Below, in pieces: positions 60,305 through 64,000 of a stretch of 64,000 bases of DNA (position 1 is its first letter; each line of letters starts with the position of its first letter). The translations under genes were made by a program, and so were the position numbers. The notes under the pieces are model-generated. The model ran no database searches. It saw nothing but the letters and a program-made list of their open reading frames with translations, and was not told the origin of the DNA. Source of the stretch: Candidatus Scatomonas sp. (lineage in GTDB: Bacteria > Bacillota > Clostridia > Lachnospirales > Lachnospiraceae); the NCBI GenBank assembly GCA_963928055.1, contig CAWVDN010000001.1, forward strand, positions 586,441-650,440, given 5' to 3'.

Positions 60305-61675
60305 ATGGTATCAGAAAATCTTTGGAATAAAACCACCGACTTAAAGGCGGTCAACGCCTTCTGCGAAGACTACAAAGCCTTCCTTTCCGCCTGCAAAACA
60401 GAGCGGGAATGCGTCTCCTTCATGGAGGCGGAACTGCAGGCCAAGGGCTACCGGAATCTGGAGGATGTGATCCGGGAGGGCGCGGCGCTGAAGGCCGGCG
60501 ATAAAGTGTATACGGACATTATGAAAAAAGCCCTGCTCATGTTCCACATAGGCTCCCGTCCCCTTTCCGAAGGCATGCGGATCCTGGGGGCCCACATCGA
60601 CTCCCCCCGGCTGGATCTGAAGCAGCGGCCTCTTTACGAGGAGGGAGGCCTGGCTATGCTGGACACCCATTATTACGGAGGAATTAAAAAATACCAGTGG
60701 ACCGCCCTGCCTCTGGCGCTTCACGGGGTCGTGGCCAAAAAGGACGGATCCCTGATCCCGGTTTCCATCGGCGACAGACCGGAGGATCCCGTGTTCGGCG
60801 TTTCCGATCTGCTGCCCCATCTGGCCTCCAAACAGATGGAGAAAAAAGCCCGGGAATTTGTGGAGGGAGAAAATCTCAATGTGCTGGTGGGCAGCCGTCC
60901 TCTGGAAGGGGATCAGAAGGAAGCGGTAAAAGCTTCTATCCTGCAGATCCTGAAAGAACAGTACAACATCGAAGATGAGGATTTCATCTCCGCGGAGATC
61001 GAGGTAGTTCCCGCCGGCGGCGCCAGGGATTACGGCCTGGACCGGAGCATGATCATGTCCTACGGGCAGGACGACCGGGTCTGCGCCTACACCTCTTTCC
61101 GGGCCATGGTGGAGATGGAAGCTCCGGAATACACCAGCGTCTGCCTGCTGACCGACAAGGAAGAGATCGGCAGCGTAGGGGCCACCGGCATGCATTCCCG
61201 GTTCTTTGAGGACACCGTGGCGGAAGTCATGAACGCCTACGGCTGCTACAGCGAGATCGGCCTGCGCCGGCTGCTGAAAAAGACCCGGGTGCTGTCCTCC
61301 GACGTCAGCGCCGCCTTTGATCCCAACTATCCGGAGGTCATGGAAAAGAACAACTGCGCCTATCTGGGCAACGGCCCCGTCTTCAATAAATACACCGGCT
61401 CCCGGGGCAAATCCGGCTCCAACGACGCCAACGCGGAATACATCGGCTGGCTGCGGAACATCCTGGACCAAGGGGGCATCGGCTATCAGACTTCCGAGCT
61501 GGGCAAGGTAGACGCCGGCGGCGGCGGCACCATCGCCTACATCCTGGCCAACCTGGGCATGGAGGTCATCGACTGCGGCGTAGCGGTGCTGAACATGCAC
61601 GCTCCCTTTGAGATCACCAGCAAAATCGACGTCTACGAAACCTACCGGGCCTACGGCGTTTTCCTCCGGGGCTGA
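60305..61675 (+). CDS. M18 family aminopeptidase
   Basis: GAHIDSP, QDD, DKEEIGS, DV, NMH. Confidence 0.92.
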   Translation: MVSENLWNKTTDLKAVNAFCEDYKAFLSACKTERECVSFMEAELQAKGYRNLEDVIREGAALKAGDKVYTDIMKKALLMFHIGSRPLSEGMRILGAHIDSPRLDLKQRPLYEEGGLAMLDTHYYGGIKKYQWTALPLALHGVVAKKDGSLIPVSIGDRPEDPVFGVSDLLPHLASKQMEKKAREFVEGENLNVLVGSRPLEGDQKEAVKASILQILKEQYNIEDEDFISAEIEVVPAGGARDYGLDRSMIMSYGQDDRVCAYTSFRAMVEMEAPEYTSVCLLTDKEEIGSVGATGMHSRFFEDTVAEVMNAYGCYSEIGLRRLLKKTRVLSSDVSAAFDPNYPEVMEKNNCAYLGNGPVFNKYTGSRGKSGSNDANAEYIGWLRNILDQGGIGYQTSELGKVDAGGGGTIAYILANLGMEVIDCGVAVLNMHAPFEITSKIDVYETYRAYGVFLRG

Positions 61676-61697
61676 GGTTTCCGAAGAGGAGGAAATC

Positions 61698-62057
61698 ATG
61701 AAATACTTCCGTCAATTCTGTATTATCATCGCGATCTCTTTTCTGGGAGAGGCCTGCCATGAATGGCTGCCTCTCCCCATTCCTGCCAGCATCTACGGCC
61801 TTTTGCTGATGCTGGCGGCTCTCTGTACCCATCTGCTTCCTCTGGAAGCGGTAAAGGACGCGGGGAAATTTCTCATTGACATCATGCCGGTAATGTTTAT
61901 CCCGGCGGCGGTAGGGCTGCTGGAATCCTGGGGTGTGCTGCATCCCATGCTGGTTCCTCTGCTGGTGATCATTCCCGTGACCACGGTTCTGGTCATGGCG
62001 GTCTCCGGCCGTGTCACCCAATGGGTCATCCGTTCAGAAAAGAGGCGAAAAAAATGA
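61698..62057 (+). CDS. CidA/LrgA family protein
   Basis: PIPASIYG, FIPAAVG. Confidence 0.9.
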   Translation: MKYFRQFCIIIAISFLGEACHEWLPLPIPASIYGLLLMLAALCTHLLPLEAVKDAGKFLIDIMPVMFIPAAVGLLESWGVLHPMLVPLLVIIPVTTVLVMAVSGRVTQWVIRSEKRRKK

Positions 62058-62746
62058 AAGAAATGCTCTGCGATTCTGTATTTTTCGGGGTGACGGTCAG
62101 TCTGCTGGCCTATGAGCTGGGCGCCTTTCTGAAAAGGAAGTGGAAGCTGGCCATTTTTAACCCCCTGCTGATCTCTATCATCGTGGTCATGGTGGTACTG
62201 GCCGGGTTCCATATCGATTATGAAAGCTACAACGAAGGCGCCAAATATCTCAGCTACCTGCTGACCCCCGCCACGGTCTGCCTGGCCATCCCTCTTTACG
62301 AGCAGCTGGAGGTTCTGAAAAAGAATCTGAAGGCCATTGCCGCCGGGATCCTCTCCGGGGTGCTCACCAGCCTGGCCAGTGTTCTGGCTCTGGCCCTGCT
62401 TTTCGGCCTGACCCATGAGCAGTACGTAACGCTCCTGCCCAAGTCCATCACCACCGCCATCGGCATGGGGGTCTCCGAAGAACTGGGAGGCATCACCACC
62501 ATTACCGTAGCGGTGATCATCATCACCGGCATCCTGGGCAATATGCTGGCCGTCTTTGTATGCCGCCTCTTTAAAATTGAAGAGCCGGCCGCGGTAGGCA
62601 TTGCCCTGGGATCCTCCTCCCACGCCATCGGCACCACCAAGGCCATGGAACTGGGAGAGGTCCAGGGGGCCATGAGCAGCCTTTCCATTGCTGTCTCCGG
62701 CATCCTCACCGTGGGGGCCGCCTCGGTCTTTGCCATGTTCCTGTAG
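62054..62746 (+). CDS. LrgB family protein
   Basis: PATVCLAIPLY, PKSITTAI, HAIGT. Confidence 0.92.
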   Translation: MKEMLCDSVFFGVTVSLLAYELGAFLKRKWKLAIFNPLLISIIVVMVVLAGFHIDYESYNEGAKYLSYLLTPATVCLAIPLYEQLEVLKKNLKAIAAGILSGVLTSLASVLALALLFGLTHEQYVTLLPKSITTAIGMGVSEELGGITTITVAVIIITGILGNMLAVFVCRLFKIEEPAAVGIALGSSSHAIGTTKAMELGEVQGAMSSLSIAVSGILTVGAASVFAMFL

Positions 62747-62894
62747 TCTGCGCCGGAAAAGCAATCTTCGCGTTTTTCTGTACGCTTTGGCTGTTTTGTG
62801 CTATACTTTCCTTGCATTTATACAATCGGGACTCTTCCCGGACTGGTTCGAGAACTTCCCAGGATAAAAAACCAAGATCAAAGGAGATTAGAGA

Positions 62895-63917
62895 ATGAAT
62901 GCAAAACGAAAAGTAATCATTGACTGCGACCCGGGCATCGATGACGCCCTGGCCCTGATGCTGGCCCTGGCCTCCCCGGAGATGGAGGTGCTGGGCCTTA
63001 CTGTGGTATCCGGCAACGTGCCTGCCAGGGTGGGCATGGAAAACGCCCTGCGGATCCTGAAATCCATGGGCCGCCTGGATATCCCTGTTTACCGGGGAGA
63101 GGAATATCCTCTGGTCCGGCCCTACGAGGATGCCACAGAGACCCACGGCAACACCGGCCTGGGGAACCTCGACCTGCCGGTGGTCACAGAGGTCCGGCCC
63201 CGGGAGGGCGCGGTGGACTTTCTGGCCGCTTCCCTGACAGGGGCGGCAGCCTCCGGAGAAAAGATCTCCGTCATCGCCCTGGGCCCCATGACCAATCTGG
63301 CCCGGCTGGCAGAGCTCCATCCGGACTGCTTCGCCGGACTGGATCAGCTGGTTTCCATGGGGGGAAACTACCGGAGCCACGGCAACTGCTCCCCGGTAGC
63401 CGAATATAACTACTGGTGCGATCCCCACGCGGCAAAAGCCGTGTTTGAGGACTTTGAGAAGCTTCCCGCCCTGAAGGGAAAGGAACTGCATATGGTGGGC
63501 CTGGATGTGACCCGGCAGATCGTGTTGACCCCCAGTCTGGCGGACTATTTCCGCCGGCTGGATCCGGAACTGGGAGCCCTGGTCACCGCCATGACCGATT
63601 TCTATATGGACTTTCACTGGGAGCAGGAAGGGCTCATCGGCTGCGTCATCAACGACCCCCTGGCTGTGGCCTACTTCCTGCGGCCGGAGCTGTGTCACGG
63701 ATTTTCCGCCTACACCACCGTGGAGACGGAGGGCATCTGCGAAGGCCAGAGCGTGGTGGACACCTGCGGTTTCTGGAAAAAGGCTCCCAACAGCTATATC
63801 CTCACCGAAACCGATCCCCTGGGCTTTATGGAGCTGTTCTTCTCCCGGCTTCTGAAAAAAGATCCCAAGGAACTGCGCCCCATGCTGCTCCCGCTTATGG
63901 GAGGCGCGATCCGGTGA
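62895..63917 (+). CDS. Nucleoside hydrolase (IUNH family)
   Basis: DCDPGIDDA, LGPMTN, AEYN..DP, NDPL. Confidence 0.92.
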   Translation: MNAKRKVIIDCDPGIDDALALMLALASPEMEVLGLTVVSGNVPARVGMENALRILKSMGRLDIPVYRGEEYPLVRPYEDATETHGNTGLGNLDLPVVTEVRPREGAVDFLAASLTGAAASGEKISVIALGPMTNLARLAELHPDCFAGLDQLVSMGGNYRSHGNCSPVAEYNYWCDPHAAKAVFEDFEKLPALKGKELHMVGLDVTRQIVLTPSLADYFRRLDPELGALVTAMTDFYMDFHWEQEGLIGCVINDPLAVAYFLRPELCHGFSAYTTVETEGICEGQSVVDTCGFWKKAPNSYILTETDPLGFMELFFSRLLKKDPKELRPMLLPLMGGAIR

Positions 63918-64000
63918 AAAAACTGAATCTTTCCGGCCTCTGTTTTCTGGCCCTGGCCGCGGTCCTGAACCTGGTGGGGGCCAATCTGGCCCTGGCCCTG
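63914..64000 (+). CDS. 5' part of a membrane protein, probably an ECF transporter S component
   Basis: GTG overlaps the hydrolase stop; MKKLNLSGLCFLALAAVLNLVGANLALAL. Confidence 0.55.
   Translation, partial: MKKLNLSGLCFLALAAVLNLVGANLALAL

Noticed and set aside
61698-64000. lrgA/lrgB as phage holin/antiholin genes
   Set aside because: Ordinary chromosomal CidA/LrgAB pair with no phage genes nearby
1-64000. tRNA, rRNA, tmRNA or retron/RT genes
   Set aside because: None recognised by eye; tRNAscan and Infernal were not run

Overview
Firmicutes chromosomal window, Lachnospiraceae-like by gene content (inference), with a high-GC backbone and low-GC acquired blocks judged by eye. (1) 0.3-10.8 kb: a complete type I-C CRISPR-Cas locus on the minus strand (cas3-cas5-cas8c-cas7-cas4-cas1-cas2; 22 identical 33-bp repeats plus 1 degenerate repeat; 22 spacers). 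An AAA_14/DUF4143-type ATPase gene sits directly in front of cas3. (2) 11-31 kb: an accessory/defence region downstream of rlmD. It holds a second, decayed cas3 HD-domain start, Fic genes, a 279-bp multi-hairpin palindromic element and a PLD-helicase-DUF3427 + NUDIX pair. It also holds an ~8-kb serine-recombinase block flanked by 70-bp direct repeats of the helicase 5' end. That block carries a Lamassu/ABC-3C-like nuclease-SMC operon with an extra coupled 69-aa gene, and an Xre + (ImmA/IrrE-peptidase-Fic fusion) module that is now inactivated. (3) 31-64 kb: mostly housekeeping genes: rlmD, fab/acc cluster, MBOAT/DHHW pair, an IS30-type element with a 13-bp target duplication, rplY, nad operon with an internally deleted nadB, ABC exporter, an indel-riddled mscS/glgB stretch, ftsH, greA, M18 aminopeptidase, lrgAB and a nucleoside hydrolase. 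All calls come from reading motifs; no database searches were run.
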